A stretch of 64,000 nucleotides of DNA from Azolla caroliniana (Eukaryota > Plantae > Polypodiophyta): contig JBHGNT010000008.1 in NCBI GenBank assembly GCA_043228905.1, positions 9,858,001-9,922,000 of the forward strand, in the 5' to 3' direction. Within the stretch, counting starts at the first letter, position 1; the number at the start of each line of letters is the position of its first letter. A program made the position numbers and the translations under genes. Positions 12,201 through 24,766 of this stretch are shown piece by piece. The notes under the pieces are model-generated. The model did not search any database. It was given only the letters and a program-made list of their open reading frames with translations, and had not been told where the DNA came from.

Positions 12201-13299
12201 CCGGCAATGGTATCGGAAGTTCGACTCCTTCATGACCGATCAAGGGTACCACAAGACGCAGGCCGATCACTGCGTGTTTGTGAAGAAGTTCAAAGGAGGG
12301 GACTTCCTGATACTCCTCCTGTACGTGGATGACATGTTGATCGTCGGACGGGACCAAGTCAAAATACGGATGCTGAAGAAGGCTCTCAACCGGACCTTCT
12401 CAATGAAAGACTTGGGTCCGGCAAGACAGATGTTGGGGATGCACATCATTCGGGACCGGTCAGTGAAGCAATTATGGCTGTCACAGGAGAAGTACGTGAC
12501 AAAGGTGCTTCACAGGTTCAACATGACAGATGCGAAACCGGTCGGATCGACACTTCCGGCAAACTGCAAGCTATCCGGCAAGCAAAGCCCGAAGACGAGA
12601 GGAGAGAAGGCAGATATGATGAAGATTCCATATGCCTCTGCCGTCGGGAGCTTGATGTACGCAATGGTTTGTACCCGACCGGACATTGGATACGCAGTCG
12701 GAGTGGTGAGCCGGTTTATGAGCAATCCCGGCAAGGAGCATTGGAACGCGGTCAAGTGGATACTCCGGTATTTGAAGGGCACTTCAAATATGTGTCTTCG
12801 ATTCGGCTCCAGGAAACCTCAACTGGACGGTTTCACCCATTCGGACATGTCGGCTGATGTGGATACCAGCCGGTCTACATCCAGGTATGTGATGACATAT
12901 GCAGGGGGAGTTGTTTCGTGGCAGTCGAGGCTGCAAAAGACGGTTGCATTGTCAACCACAGAGGCAGAGTACATGGCGGCTGTAGAAGCCGGCAAGGAAA
13001 TATTATGGATGAAGGACTTCATCGGAGAGCTCGGTATCCGGCAAGAGGAATACCGACTCTACTGCGACAGTCAAAGTGCCATCCACCTTGCTAAGAATGC
13101 GGCCTACCATTCCCGGACGAAGCATATCCAGCGGAGGTATCACTGGATCCGGGAAAGGGTAGATGACCAGGAGTTCGAACTGGTGAAGATCCACACGGCC
13201 GAGAACGGGTCAGATATGCTGACCAAAGTGCTGACACCCGACAAGCTGGACGCATGCCGGAAGAGGATCGGGCTGGAAAGACACCCCATGCCGGAGTGA
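9253..13299 (+). pseudogene. gag-pol polyprotein of element B, one frame with two premature TGA stops (10279, 10924)
   Basis: The three ORF-track pieces share one frame. Contains the CCHC knuckle, DSGAS, the integrase core, YVDD and RNase H. Confidence 0.95.
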
Positions 13300-14037
13300 A
13301 GGGGGAGTTTGTTGGGAGACAAGTCCCTCCGGATGGGAAGGGAGAAGAGCAGTGCCGACGAACAAACTCGGCCGAGGCCGAAACGGTACGAACCGGATGG
13401 GGAGTACCCGACTGCGGAGAGCCGGATGGTGTAGGCCCGGTACGAACAGGATGGGGACTACCCGACTGCGGAGAGCCGGATGGTGTAGGCCCGATACGAA
13501 CAGGATGGGGAGTACCCGACTGCGGAGAGCCGGATGGTGTAGGCCCGGTACGAACCGGATGAAGAGACATATTCGTCAATATGTTTCTGAGAGCCCATCG
13601 AGGCTACATTTGTAAATAGCCGAAAAGTCATATTAGTATAAATATGACTTAGGGCAAACTTTTAGGTGTGTTGTCGTTTTTGTTGTTGTTATTCTTCCTT
13701 GTTGGTGCAAGAAGAAGAGAGAGCGCGCAACTGTACAGAGAGAGAGAGAGAGAGACGAGGTCGTTGCCTCTGTTGTAACCGCCGCCTGTGGCGAAGATCT
13801 GTGAGCGCGAGGTCGTTGCCTCAGTGAACTCACTGTTGTATATTCCTACATAGTGACAGTTTGCAGCCTGTGGGCTGTCGTGGTTTTTCCCCTATTTTGG
13901 GGTTTTCCACGTAAACCTCCTGTGTACCATTTCTCTCCTTGGTGTCGCGTTTCATTACCTGTTTTTTCTGTGTATGAAAAGAATCTCGGTTGTGGCCGAG
14001 AGTCGGACATAAGGAACGTCAAGTTCTCGTCAAACCG

Positions 14038-14640
14038 GAGTGCTATGAAGAAGCCATTGCCGAGGAGCACAGAACGAAATGGCTGAGCGTGATGCAATAT
14101 GAGCTAGAATCCTTGCACGAGAATTACACCTATGACTTGGTAAAGCTAACGAAAGGTAAGAGAGCACTTAGGAATAAATGGGTCTACAACATGAAGACTG
14201 GAGAAGCCGACAGTGAGCCCAGGTATAAAGCCCGCATCGTGGTGAAGGGTTTTCAATAGAAAAAGGGCATCGACTTTGACGAAATATTCGCACCAGTCGC
14301 GAAGATAACATCCATTCGAACTGTACTGAGTATAGGGGCTAGTATGGACTTGGAGATCAAACAACTAGATGTCAAAACCGCATTCTTACAGAGGGAGCTA
14401 GAAGAAGAAATCTACATACTACAACCCGTAGGCTTTGAGGAGAAAGGGAAAGAGAACCTGGTGTGTTGACTGAAGAAAACCTTGTATGGTCTGAAACAAG
14501 CTCCACGCCAATGGTACAAGAAGTTCGAGTCCTTCATGACGGAACACCAATTCCAGAAAACACATGCCGATCATTGTGTTCGTCAAAAGGTACGAAGAAG
14601 GAGACTTCTTGATTCTCTTGTTATATGTTGATGACATGTT
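14038..14640 (+). pseudogene. Continuation of element A: reverse transcriptase (RT) N-terminal half
   Basis: Resumes ECYEEAIA after the TSD. Has YKARIVVKGF and ends at YVDDML. Confidence 0.9.
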
Positions 14641-14652
14641 GAGCACAAGAAG

Positions 14653-15513
14653 TTGATGGCAGAAGGTGACCGGCAGCAGGAGAATCTAGGGGAACTCAAC
14701 AGGGCAACGGAAGCATTGGCGGAAGTACAGACCAAGGCGGTCGACATGGCGAAGGCACTCGAAGAAGCGGCAAGGGACCGGATGGAGATCACCCCGCAAC
14801 ATTATGAGGAGACAGAACAAGAAAAGATGGTGTTGAATAGAGTTTAGACCACTTATCAAACTAAATTCCTGGAATATGAGATGCAGGCATAGGCAACCGT
14901 GGGCCTGATAAAGAAGTTAAAGGAGGAAAAGCAGGCTGTAGAGGACAAATCCAAGATGGGGCTCGGCCGAATCTGCGCCATTGTGCTGGCATGGAAAGAA
15001 CGAACAAAGAGTATGATTGGTGAAAGCTTGGTGCAATGGTTGTCAAAATGGGCACAACAAGCGGCGGAATTACAGACGTTGCGAGCGGATGCGGAAAACC
15101 GGAGAAAGGATGGGGACAACTTCTACAAGATGGATGCGGAGAGTATTGTAACCATCCAGGAGGAGTTGTCAGATGATTTCTTGTCCCTGTCAGGAGAACA
15201 ATTGGCGGTTGTCAGGCAGCTGGTAGAACAGCTAGATGATGACCAACTTGGCACTCAACTCGAGCTCGAGCAATACAAACGGGAGCGAAAACAGCAGATA
15301 GCATCGCAAATGTCGGCGGCAATTAACATCAGTGATGGAGAGCAATCTCCAGAGCACCCACTGAATGTAGCCGGGACTGGAGGAGGCCAGCCAAACGAAG
15401 CCCGAGTAGAACAGCCAGAAGAAGTCAAACCGAAGGAGCCGGAGCCAAAAGCGTCGAGGCCAGTAGAGCCGGATATCGTTAGAGCCGGAGAAGAAGAGCA
15501 AGTCGGACACTAG
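14653..15513 (+). pseudogene. Disrupted coiled-coil-like ORF in the 3' region of a gypsy-type element; function unknown
   Basis: E/K/Q/L-rich helical composition with in-frame stops near 14845-14892. Lies just upstream of the LTR at 15643. Confidence 0.5.
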
Positions 15514-15642
15514 GCTGGAGACCAACTACAACCGAAGGACCAACAGTCATAGTCGATGGAGCATTCTGGAAATTTTGGACGATGAATGAAGGGGCTAACC
15601 GTGGGTTCGACGTACAATGTATTGTCCCACGGGCATGCCATG

Positions 15643-16076
15643 TGTTGGCGGTTAGGCTAGAGTATGAAAGGGGAGTCGGTTTTGGGAGTTGTAATTAGAT
15701 GAATTATGATAATTATAAGATCGGACAGACAGACTCCGAATCGGTATGCCGATTTGGATCTGGACCGGTTCGTAGTCGGTTGCCGGTTGGCACCGGTTTG
15801 TAGCACAACCAGATACCTATAAAAGGATCCGGAGATGATGTAATTGAGGACGGATAATTAATAGAGAGATGTTGTGTCTTTACATATTGTGTATCTTGTT
15901 AATACCGTTATGTGGTTAATGTGATTATCATACCGTGTATCAAGTTAATCATTCCGGATAGTGACCGGGAAGGATCGGTCTTGTATTACAGTCTACACAT
16001 TCCTTACCGTACCACCCCTTTGGTGAACTATTCTAAAGGGACACCCTGTGTTAGCGGCTTGTCTAGGCCGGTGACA
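15643..16076 (+). mobile_element. 3' LTR of a gypsy-type element
   Basis: Ends tgttggc...ggtgaca. TATAAAA near 15818. Upstream motif is shared with the LTRs at 23255 and 30219. Confidence 0.7.
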
Positions 16077-16891
16077 ATAGTTTTTGTATCCTTTATGTAG
16101 CCGAGCATCTGGTCGTGCACACAAGACGCGAGGCAGTACAATACTCGGCTCGCTCCTTGCTCCCATACCGGGAAGTCCTCGTGCGTCGGCTCCTGCGCTA
16201 CCTCGTTCGTTCCTTCCACGAAGCTCCAATATCCATACCCCAACAAGTATTGGTGCATCTTGTATGACCAGGACGCGTAGTTGCTCCGGTCGCGGTTCTT
16301 TGTTGGAAGTGAACTTGTCATTCCTCTATCCATATCTTCTCTCTATCTCTTGTTACCGGGTTGTAGGGTTCATCTACGAAAGCAAGTGTCGGTTGCAGAG
16401 GTTCTCAATCTTCGCGCTCAGATACCATGTGAATGTTAACATTTGTAAACGTTAGACAGAACCGGCTCAGCCGGATAGCAACAGAGAATAAGATGAAGAT
16501 TTAATGGAGAAGCTAAATACACAAAGAGTATACGCGGGAGAGATAAAGAGAGCAGAACATAAACGTAGATTCTAAATAATAAAAACACTTTGTAACTCTG
16601 TACATACAATGTGCTAAACATCACTATTTATACAAGTCCTCAAAAGGACTGACAGAAGTACTATGTACTTCAATGCTCATACGAGCGATTGACACTAACT
16701 ACAAGACATTGATTACCTAGTAGTCTAGGCTACTACTAGGCTTCCGGTTCGCACTCGAATTCGGCTCTCCGATCCGTCTCCCCGATCCGGCCGGTTGTTT
16801 CTAGATACCGATTCGGCTCATCCTTCCAATTGCCGATCCGACTCTAGCTTATTCAACCGATCCGGATCCGGTGGAGCTTGCTCCCTCAACA
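16077..16891 (-). mobile_element. Truncated copia: 5' LTR 16428-16891, PBS 16416-16427 and gag N-terminus
   Basis: Minus-strand tggtatctgagc next to a tgt...aca LTR. Gag NYASWSYKMHQYLLGYGYW. Confidence 0.85.
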
Positions 16892-17911
16892 CCCGGCAAT
16901 GGTACCGAAAGTTCGACTCCTTTACGACCGACAATGGGTACCAAAAAACGTAGGCCGATCACTGCGTGTTTGTGAAAAAGTTTGACGGAGGAGATTTTCT
17001 CATCCTCCTATTGTATGTGAACGACATGCTAATTGTCGAACGATACCATATGAAGATCTGAGTGGTGAAGAAGGTCGTGAGTAGGTCGTTCTCGATGAAG
17101 GATATGGGTCCAGCAAAGCAATGCTTGGGATGCACATTGTTCGGGATCGAACAAAGAAATTATTGTGGTTGTCACAAGAAAAGTATGTGACAAAGGTGCT
17201 CTAGAGATTCAACATGGAGTGCGCGAAACCGGTCGACTCGACACTGTCGAAGAACTGCAAACTGAGTAAAGACCACTGTCCAAAATCGAGAACAGAAAAG
17301 GTTCCTTATGCCTCGGCGGTTGGAAGCCTGATTTATGCAATGGTTTATACTAGGTCGGACATAGGATACGCAATCGAACTAGTCAGCCGATATATGAGCA
17401 ATCTCTGCATAGAGCATTGGGTTGTTGTGAAGTGGATACTTCGATACCCGAGAGGCACCTCGAATATGTATCTTTGTTTTGGCTCAGGTAACCCCACATT
17501 GGAAGCTTACACGGATTCGGACATGTCGGCTAATGAAGATACCAGCCGATCCACATCCAGATACGTAATGACTCATGCCGGGGGAGCTATCTCGTGGCAA
17601 TTGAGGTTGCAGAAGGCCATGGCTCTGTCGACCACGGAAGCCGAGTATATGGCCACAGCGGAAACCGGCAACGAAATCATAAGGATGAAGGAGTTTATTA
17701 GTGAACTGGGAATTCAGCAGGAAGAATTCCGACTCTACTGCGATAATCAGAATGCCATCCACATTGCGAAAAATGCCGCCTACTACTTGAGGACCAAACA
17801 CATCCAATGGAGATACCATTGGCTCCAAGAGCAAGTAGAAGAGAAGGAGTTTTCTCTAAGGTTCACACAGCCGAGAATGGATCGGACATGCTGACGAAGG
17901 TGTTGTCAGCC
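16892..17911 (+). pseudogene. Degenerate copia RT and RNase H fragment
   Basis: RQWYRKFDS, PYASAVGSL, STTEAEY and RTKHI motifs. Confidence 0.9.
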
Positions 17912-17929
17912 GAATATACATGTTTAGTA

Positions 17930-20650
17930 TATTGTGACGACGTTGAAAACAAGGATGTTGATGACAATAACTCCGGAAGCAAGGACAGTGATGATGGTAA
18001 CTCGAGAAGAAAAGGCGATGACGAAGACGGGTGGTGCTCCCAGTTGGAAGGGATTCAAACTGTCACGGACACACCAAGCGCGGACTAGGACGGAGCACAG
18101 ATGATGGGGCTACGAGCGACGGATGAACTTGGAGCTAGATGTGATTATGCTAGGAACTCTAGATGTTGTGAGCGACATGAGGGCATGAAGACAGAAATAA
18201 AGATCAAGGAGACAAAGATGAGGCGAAACAAGAATACTAGATTGATGTGTCAATGACTAGTGTTGAATCCCTTCAAAGGAACCAAGGATGCTACAAGTAT
18301 TTATACAATTTCCGAGATTTAATATCTCTAGAATATACTTGAGAAATATCTCGAGAATATACATGTTTAGAATATACCACATAATATATCTAGAATATAC
18401 TAACGACTAGAATATTCTCGAATGTACTATACACTAGACTCTACAATATATACAAGTTCACAACCGAATGTGGACAGTTTACAAGAGTTTCAATATTGTT
18501 AACACAACACAATGTATTGTGTGTTAAAAGTCAGAGGTTCGAGTCTAGAATGTGACATATCCCCCCTCTTACGTTGCCTTCCCAAACTGGTCCTTGGCTT
18601 AAGGGGATACTGTTGATGAAAATCTTAGATCACCTCCAAAGTATTTTGCAAATCCTAGACAAGGAGTAACCCTTCCAAAAGACGAGGTATTGAACACCAA
18701 CCGGTATGAACAACCATGTGCAGTCCTCGCCCAGGATTGGAGCATGAATACCAACAAGCGTGAGCGACCATGTGTGGTCCTCGTTGGGAACTGGAAAACG
18801 AATACCAACGGGCATGAGTGACCATGTGTGGTCCTCACTGGGAACGCGAACATCAACGGCCATGAGAGACCGTGTCGGTCCTCGCCGAGAGTTGGAACAT
18901 GACCACCAACGGGCATGAGCGACCATGTGTGGTCCTCACCGAGAACTAGAACATGAACAACAGCAGGCATGAGCGACCATGTTGGTCCTCGCCAGGATCT
19001 GGAACACGAACAATAGTTGGAGCGAGTGACCATGTGCGGTCCTCACCGGAGACTGTAACACGAATACCAACAAGCGTGAGTGACTATGTGCGATCCTCAC
19101 AGGGAACACGAACACCAACGGGCATGAGAGACCATGTCGGTCCTCGCCGAGAGTTGGAACACGAACACCAACGTGCATGAGCGACCATGCGGCCCTCACC
19201 GAGAACTGAACACTAACAGGCGTGAGAGACTATGCGGCCCTCACCAAGAACTGGAACACGAACAGATGTGGGCGACCATGTGTGGCCCTCATCGGCAACT
19301 GGAACGTGAGCAAACATGTGCGGTCCTCGTTGAAAACACGAATGGGCATGAGCGACCATGTGGCCCTCACCGAGAACTAGAACACGAACGGACGTGAGCG
19401 ACCATCGGGCCTTCACCGAGAACTAAACATGAACGGACGTGAGCGACCATGCGAACCTCACCGAGAATTGAACACCAATGGGCATGAGTGACCATGCAGC
19501 CCTCACCAAGAACTGGAACACGAATGGACGTGAGCGACCATGTGGCCCTCACTGAGAAATGAACACGAACGGACGTGAGTGACCATGTGGACCTCATTGA
19601 GAACTGGAACAACAACGGGAAAGGAGTGCAAGTGAAGCGGTCAACTCGACTTCTTCTATTATGAGAGGGTAAACAGTCGAGGTTGACCCAAGACACTGCA
19701 GAAACAGTAAATAGTCGAGGTTGACCCACGCAATCCCCACTAGGAAAGTGAGCGTTTGTCACCCCCACCGAAACTAGAAGGTGAGAGATCGAAATCGGTC
19801 CTCACCAACAAAAAGTGGCCCAACACTTGAACTATAATGAAACTGCAGTGCAAGTGAGAAATGATCTGATCCCCACCAAGAAAGTGAGCGGTTGTGACCC
19901 CCACTGGAACTGGGAAGGTGAGTGATCGAAAGCACTCCTCACCAAAACCATGATGCAAAATGATACCTAAAAATGATGACAAGTAGTGTTGATGACGATG
20001 ATGGTTGGGGAAGAGGTGTTGAAAATGATGACATCCAAAACAAGGATGTTGATGATTGTAACTTCGGAAGCAAGGACAATGATGATGGTAACTCTAGAAG
20101 CAAAGGCGATGACGAAGACGGGTGGTGCTCTCAGTTAGAAGGGATTCAAACTGTCACGAACACACCAAGCGCAGACTAGGACGGAGCACAGATGATGGGG
20201 CTACGAGCGACGGATGAACTTGGAGCTAGATGTGATGAGGCTAGGAACTCTAGATGTTGTGAGCGACATGAGGGCATGAAGACAGAAATAAAGATCAAGG
20301 AGACAAAGATGAGGCGAAACAAGAATACTAGATTGATGTGTCAATGACTAGTGTTGAATCCCTTCAAAGGAACCAAGGATGTTAGAAGTATTTATACAAT
20401 ATCCGAGATTAAATATCTCTAGAATATACTTGAGAAATATCTGGAGAATATACCTATTTAGAATATACCACATAATATATCTAGAATATACTAACAACTA
20501 GAATATTCTCGAATGTACTATACACTAGACTCTACAATATATACAAGTTCACAATCGAATGTGGATAGTTCACAAGAGTTTCGATATGGTTAACACAACA
20601 CAATGTACTATGTGTGTTAAAAGTCAAAGGTTCGAGTCTAGAATGTGACA
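17930..20650 (-). mobile_element. Non-autonomous self-priming chromovirus derivative with LTRs 20152-20650 and 18061-18557, plus the start of a second tandem unit
   Basis: Two near-identical LTRs of about 498 bp with tgtcac...gtgaca ends. PPT at 18561-18570. Chromodomain remnant QYLVFWKGY...FHQQYPLKP at about 18595-18692. No gag or pol. Confidence 0.85.
18690..19615. repeat. Degenerate tandem array, unit about 45-55 bp (gagcgaccatgtgtggtcctcaccgagaactggaacacgaac...)
   Basis: Roughly 18 visible copies of variable length. Confidence 0.9.
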
Positions 20651-20960
20651 GTGGTCTTTGTAACTGTGAGAACATGTGAGAGAGGGAGTGTGAGTAAGTG
20701 CAACTCTATAGCCATCTACTGATGAAGAAGAACTCGAGGTCGCTTCCTCTGAGTTTCTTTTTGTACCCCATCATCATCATAGTGATCTGTTTTCGGAGCA
20801 AGTGGGCTCCACGTGGTTTTTCCCAATTCAGGTTTCCACTGTAAAAACTATGTGTTCTCTGTTTTTTGGCTATTCTATTCTTCGGTTTCCTGTTTGAGCG
20901 TTATTTCTTGCACAGGAATATACAAATGGTAACCGGTTGTGGCCGATCACGAGCGTAACA
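20651..20960 (+). mobile_element. 3' part of a copia LTR
   Basis: Ends ggttgtggccgatcacgagcgtaaca, similar to the LTR end at 25196. Confidence 0.7.
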
Positions 20961-22189
20961 GACTTCACATGCATCAACAACTACGCCCCTGTATTCGGCT
21001 TCTATGCTTGACAATACGACGATCGATTGCTTTATTGCTCCATGATATGGCTCCACTACCAATTGAAAGTATGAAGCCCGAAGTTGATCCTCGATCAGCT
21101 TTGTAGCTGGCCCAGTTGGCATCTATATATCCTTCGAGTCGAATTGGCGTGACCGACTTATAGAGAATGTCGTAGTCCATCGTTCCACTCACATATCATA
21201 ACACTCGCTTAGCACAATCCAAATGAATATCACGTGGAGTTTGCATGAATTGACTAAGGAGGCCGATTGGATAGGTGAGGTCGGGTCGAGTGATTTTAAG
21301 GTAGATAAGACTTCCGACAAGCTGATGATAGTGAGTCAGCTCACACTATTCTGTGCCGGAGTAGACATCTAGCTTCAGGTTTTGATCGAGAGGGTTGCCA
21401 TAGATTTGCACTCTATCATTCCGAACTTCTATAATGAATTGAGGATGTAGTGCCACTGGGAGATCATAATGTCGTTTGGAGTTCGAATTGCTTCAATACC
21501 TAGAAAGTAATGAAACTCTTTCATGTCCGTCATCTCGAATTTTTCGGAGAGGAGGGGGATGACCTTGTTGATGTCGACTAATGTTCACCTCCAATGACCG
21601 GAACATCAATGTATAGGATGATAAAAATCGGACTTTTAGAATCTCTTCTTACATAGAGAGAGTTGTCAAATTTTGACATTTTGAAGTCGATTCAATGACG
21701 ATATTGTGTTATCTTAGAATGTCAAGCATGTGGTGCTTGCTTAAGGCCATAGAGTGACCTATTTAGTCAATAGACTGCTTTTGGATGGTTGCTGGATTCA
21801 AAGCCAGGTTGTTGTACCATGTACACATCTTCTAATTCACCTTGCAGCAAGGCGTTCTTTATGTCCATCTAATGGAAGTGCAATCATGGTTTGAACTGTC
21901 ATCATCTTTGCCACCGGGGCAAAGGTCTCCATATAATCAACTCCGTGTGTTTGTGCGTAGCCTTTTGCTACGAGTCGGGCTTTATAACGACTGACAGAGC
22001 CATCGGCATTATACTTCACCTTGAATATCCATCTGCAACCGACATGTCTCATTCTTACTGAGAGCTTGCATCTCCTCATTCATCGCTTCAACCCACCACA
22101 GATCTTTAGCAGCTTCACAAAAACTTTCTGGTTTTCAAACTATTGCCATATCCACCTTCATCATGAAGGCATAGTGATATCATATAGTC
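20961..22189 (-). pseudogene. Degenerate copia RT and RNase H
   Basis: [26 protein letters not shown] and SSIEAEY motifs, with many disruptions. Confidence 0.88.
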
Positions 22190-23640
22190 TGTTACCATAC
22201 GAGATGTATGGAGAGTTGAGTGAGGGTGAAGAAACGGCCAAGCAAACGGGTGGAATGGGATAGACGACGGTACGATCGAACAACACCACGGATGGACGGG
22301 ATGAACAAAAGACGAAAGAAGGAATAGTTGGACAATGAGAAGAGAGAGCAAACAAGAACGGTCGGAGTGGCCAAGCGAGCAAACGGAGCAGCCAAGCGAC
22401 GGAGCTCGGCCAAAACGACGGCCAACATAAGAATCCGGCAAATGGAGACGGTAACCGCCGAATAGAGACAGAGACAGAAACAGAGACAACAAGCGTTGGG
22501 ATAAACAACAAACGGCGAGAGCGGCGGCTGGAATAACCAGAACCGACCGGAAAACGATGGATGACGACGAGCCGACACAGACGGCAATGATGACGGAACC
22601 GGAGCCGGAGATCGAGAGCGATGGAGAAGGAGAAGAAAATTTAAGACCACAAGCAAGATAGAAGAAAGTAACGAAGATGCGGAAAGAAAGAACAGAACAC
22701 AGAAGCCAGAAGAAGACAGGAGAAAGCACAAGACAGAAGAAACTGCAAAAGGAGAGGAAAGGAAGAGGAGAGGAGGAGAGAAGGGGGAACAGAAAGAAAA
22801 AGGAAAGAGGAGGAAGTTAGAAGACGAGATAGAAAAGATACAAACAAATGGCTAAGAAGAAACAACAGGAATGACACAGAAAATAAGAAGAAACATAGAT
22901 GAGAGAAAGAACGAGAAGAAGAAGAGACAAGGAAAACAGGGACAAAGAAAAAAAACGAAGGAAGGAAGAAATAGACAGAAGAACAAGAAAAAAGGAAGGG
23001 CATGAGGGAAATTTCCCAAATATGGGGGGCATCGCGCAGCAAAAAAAAAAGGGAATGAAGAAGAATAAAAGAAAAGAGATCGGCATGTTCGAAATTTTTA
23101 ACATAAGGGCATAAATAATCATTTTAAAAATATGAGGGTATATACTTTAATTTTCAAAACCGAAGGGCACTGACAAAATTTTGAAAACTCATCAACGTGG
23201 AGGAAATGGACAAGATCGATGTGCAATGCACTGTCCCACAGGCGTGCCATAATGTGTTATCGTACGAGATGTACGGAGAGTTGAGTGAGGGTGAAGAAAC
23301 TTAATGTTGTTGTATGTATGTGTAATGTATACGATTATAAGTGTAATTGTGAGTGTAACTAGATACGTATGTGAACACATGCACACATGTGTGCATGTGG
23401 ACAGATAAGAAGAGGTGTGAGTGAGTGGTTAGTGTGAATGGCTAAGGGGAATGTATCTAACCTCATTGTAACTATTTAACCGCCTTGTGGGGAATGAATG
23501 AAACAGAAATAAGTTCTCTCTCAATCTCTCTCTCTTGATGTGTCTTTCTATTTCTTTCTCCTTCCCTTACGTTGAACCCCCTTGAGAGGGGGGTGGAGCC
23601 ATTCTAGGCACCATCCCCCACCCCACAATGCTTAACAACA
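22190..23640 (+). mobile_element. Internally deleted gypsy-type element E: 5' LTR stub 22190-22235, AG-rich region, and LTR from 23255 (end at 23640 or 23710)
   Basis: 22190-22235 matches 23255-23300. The internal region resembles 29050-30216. No TSD was found. Confidence 0.65.
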
Positions 23641-23736
23641 TCTTCACAATCTCCATCGTCATCACTACCCTATTATCATCATCATCATACTTAACCCTAA
23701 GCCAATAACACTATATTTTTGCACGGCACGGAGCAA

Positions 23737-24766
23737 TGAACGCCGAAGGATGGATGTCGTCTAGACAAACCAACAACCTAGTAGCCGAACAAGCGAGAAG
23801 ATTAGCCAGGAGATTGCGAACACGGGAAGCATACCAGTAGGCAACCGAGGAGATTTGACAGGATCGGTCTCTCCCCAAACCGCTTCGGAGGGTTCCAGAA
23901 GAAACAATCTGGTTACAAAATCAACATCATTCGGACAAGGGACACAACCTCACAAACCTTGTCGACGTTGAAACCATATTGCAAACATTAGCAGTCAGGG
24001 TAGGTGATTCCGATGCCTTTTTTGCATTCGAATTGGAATCAGACAGTGATACGAGTGATGGGTGGAGCAACAAATCCCATTATTGATTCAGTCATGGTAG
24101 TCTGGAGGAAATGGAGGAGGTGTGCGAATAGACACCAACACAACCAACCAAATCGGAAACCAAGACATTGATGCCACCGGGAGAGGAAGTTATTCCGGTG
24201 CAAACACCACCGGCAGAAGAATTTATACCAATGCACACACCACCGGCAACCACAACATGTGCCGATGAGGAAGACACAATGCCATACCCTTATCCTAAGT
24301 ACAATGAAGAGCCAGATGTTGAGGCACACGTCTGACCATTCCTGACGACTTAGCATCAAATCACATTTCCTATCGACTTTTGGAGCCGAAAGCAAGAAAA
24401 TCGAAAATTGTTGAGTTTGGGTTGTCGCTGGATGGACAAGCCACAAAGTGGTATTCCCAAAACAACCCCGGGAATTTCGCCACATTCCAAGACCTGAGGG
24501 ACAAGTTCGTATGTTTGTTCTATCAACAAGTCACTCAGAGAGAATTAATCGGATGGTTTTATGCCACCTATCAGGAGGCGAACGAAACGATGCAGCGGTT
24601 CATTATAAGACCCCAGAATCTTCATAGACAGTTGATGCGGGCACCCCCGGAGGACGAAGTAAAGGAAATATTTTGACGGCGCTATGGGAGCCACTCCAGA
24701 CTATACTGGCGGTTTTAGATTTCAAAACAACCACCATCGACCAAGTAATTGATAGAGTGCTCAACA
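23737..24766 (+). pseudogene. Degenerate non-chromovirus gypsy gag
   Basis: YPKYNEEPDVEAHV and SKIVEFGLSLDGQATKWY (retrotransposon gag-like). Homologous to 50790-50970. Confidence 0.75.

Larger units (their letters stand above)
8524..14032 (+). mobile_element. Full-length Ty1/copia element B
   Basis: LTRs 8524-9221 and 13310-14032. PBS tggtatcagagc at 9224-9235. PPT at 13298-13307. TSD aaccg at 8519-8523 and 14033-14037. Confidence 0.97.

Noticed and set aside
14637-16076. One 1.4-kb solo LTR
   Set aside because: There is no TSD (tgaca versus atagt), the flanks belong to different elements, and 15643 fits better as the LTR start.
18690-19615. CRISPR-like repeat/spacer appearance
   Set aside because: The spacers are similar to one another, the units are degenerate, there are no cas genes, and the context is a eukaryotic retroelement.
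22115-23122. Hydrophobic Phe/Leu/Ser ORFs resembling membrane or env proteins (also 29447-29816)
   Set aside because: They are the antisense reading of AG-rich low-complexity DNA.
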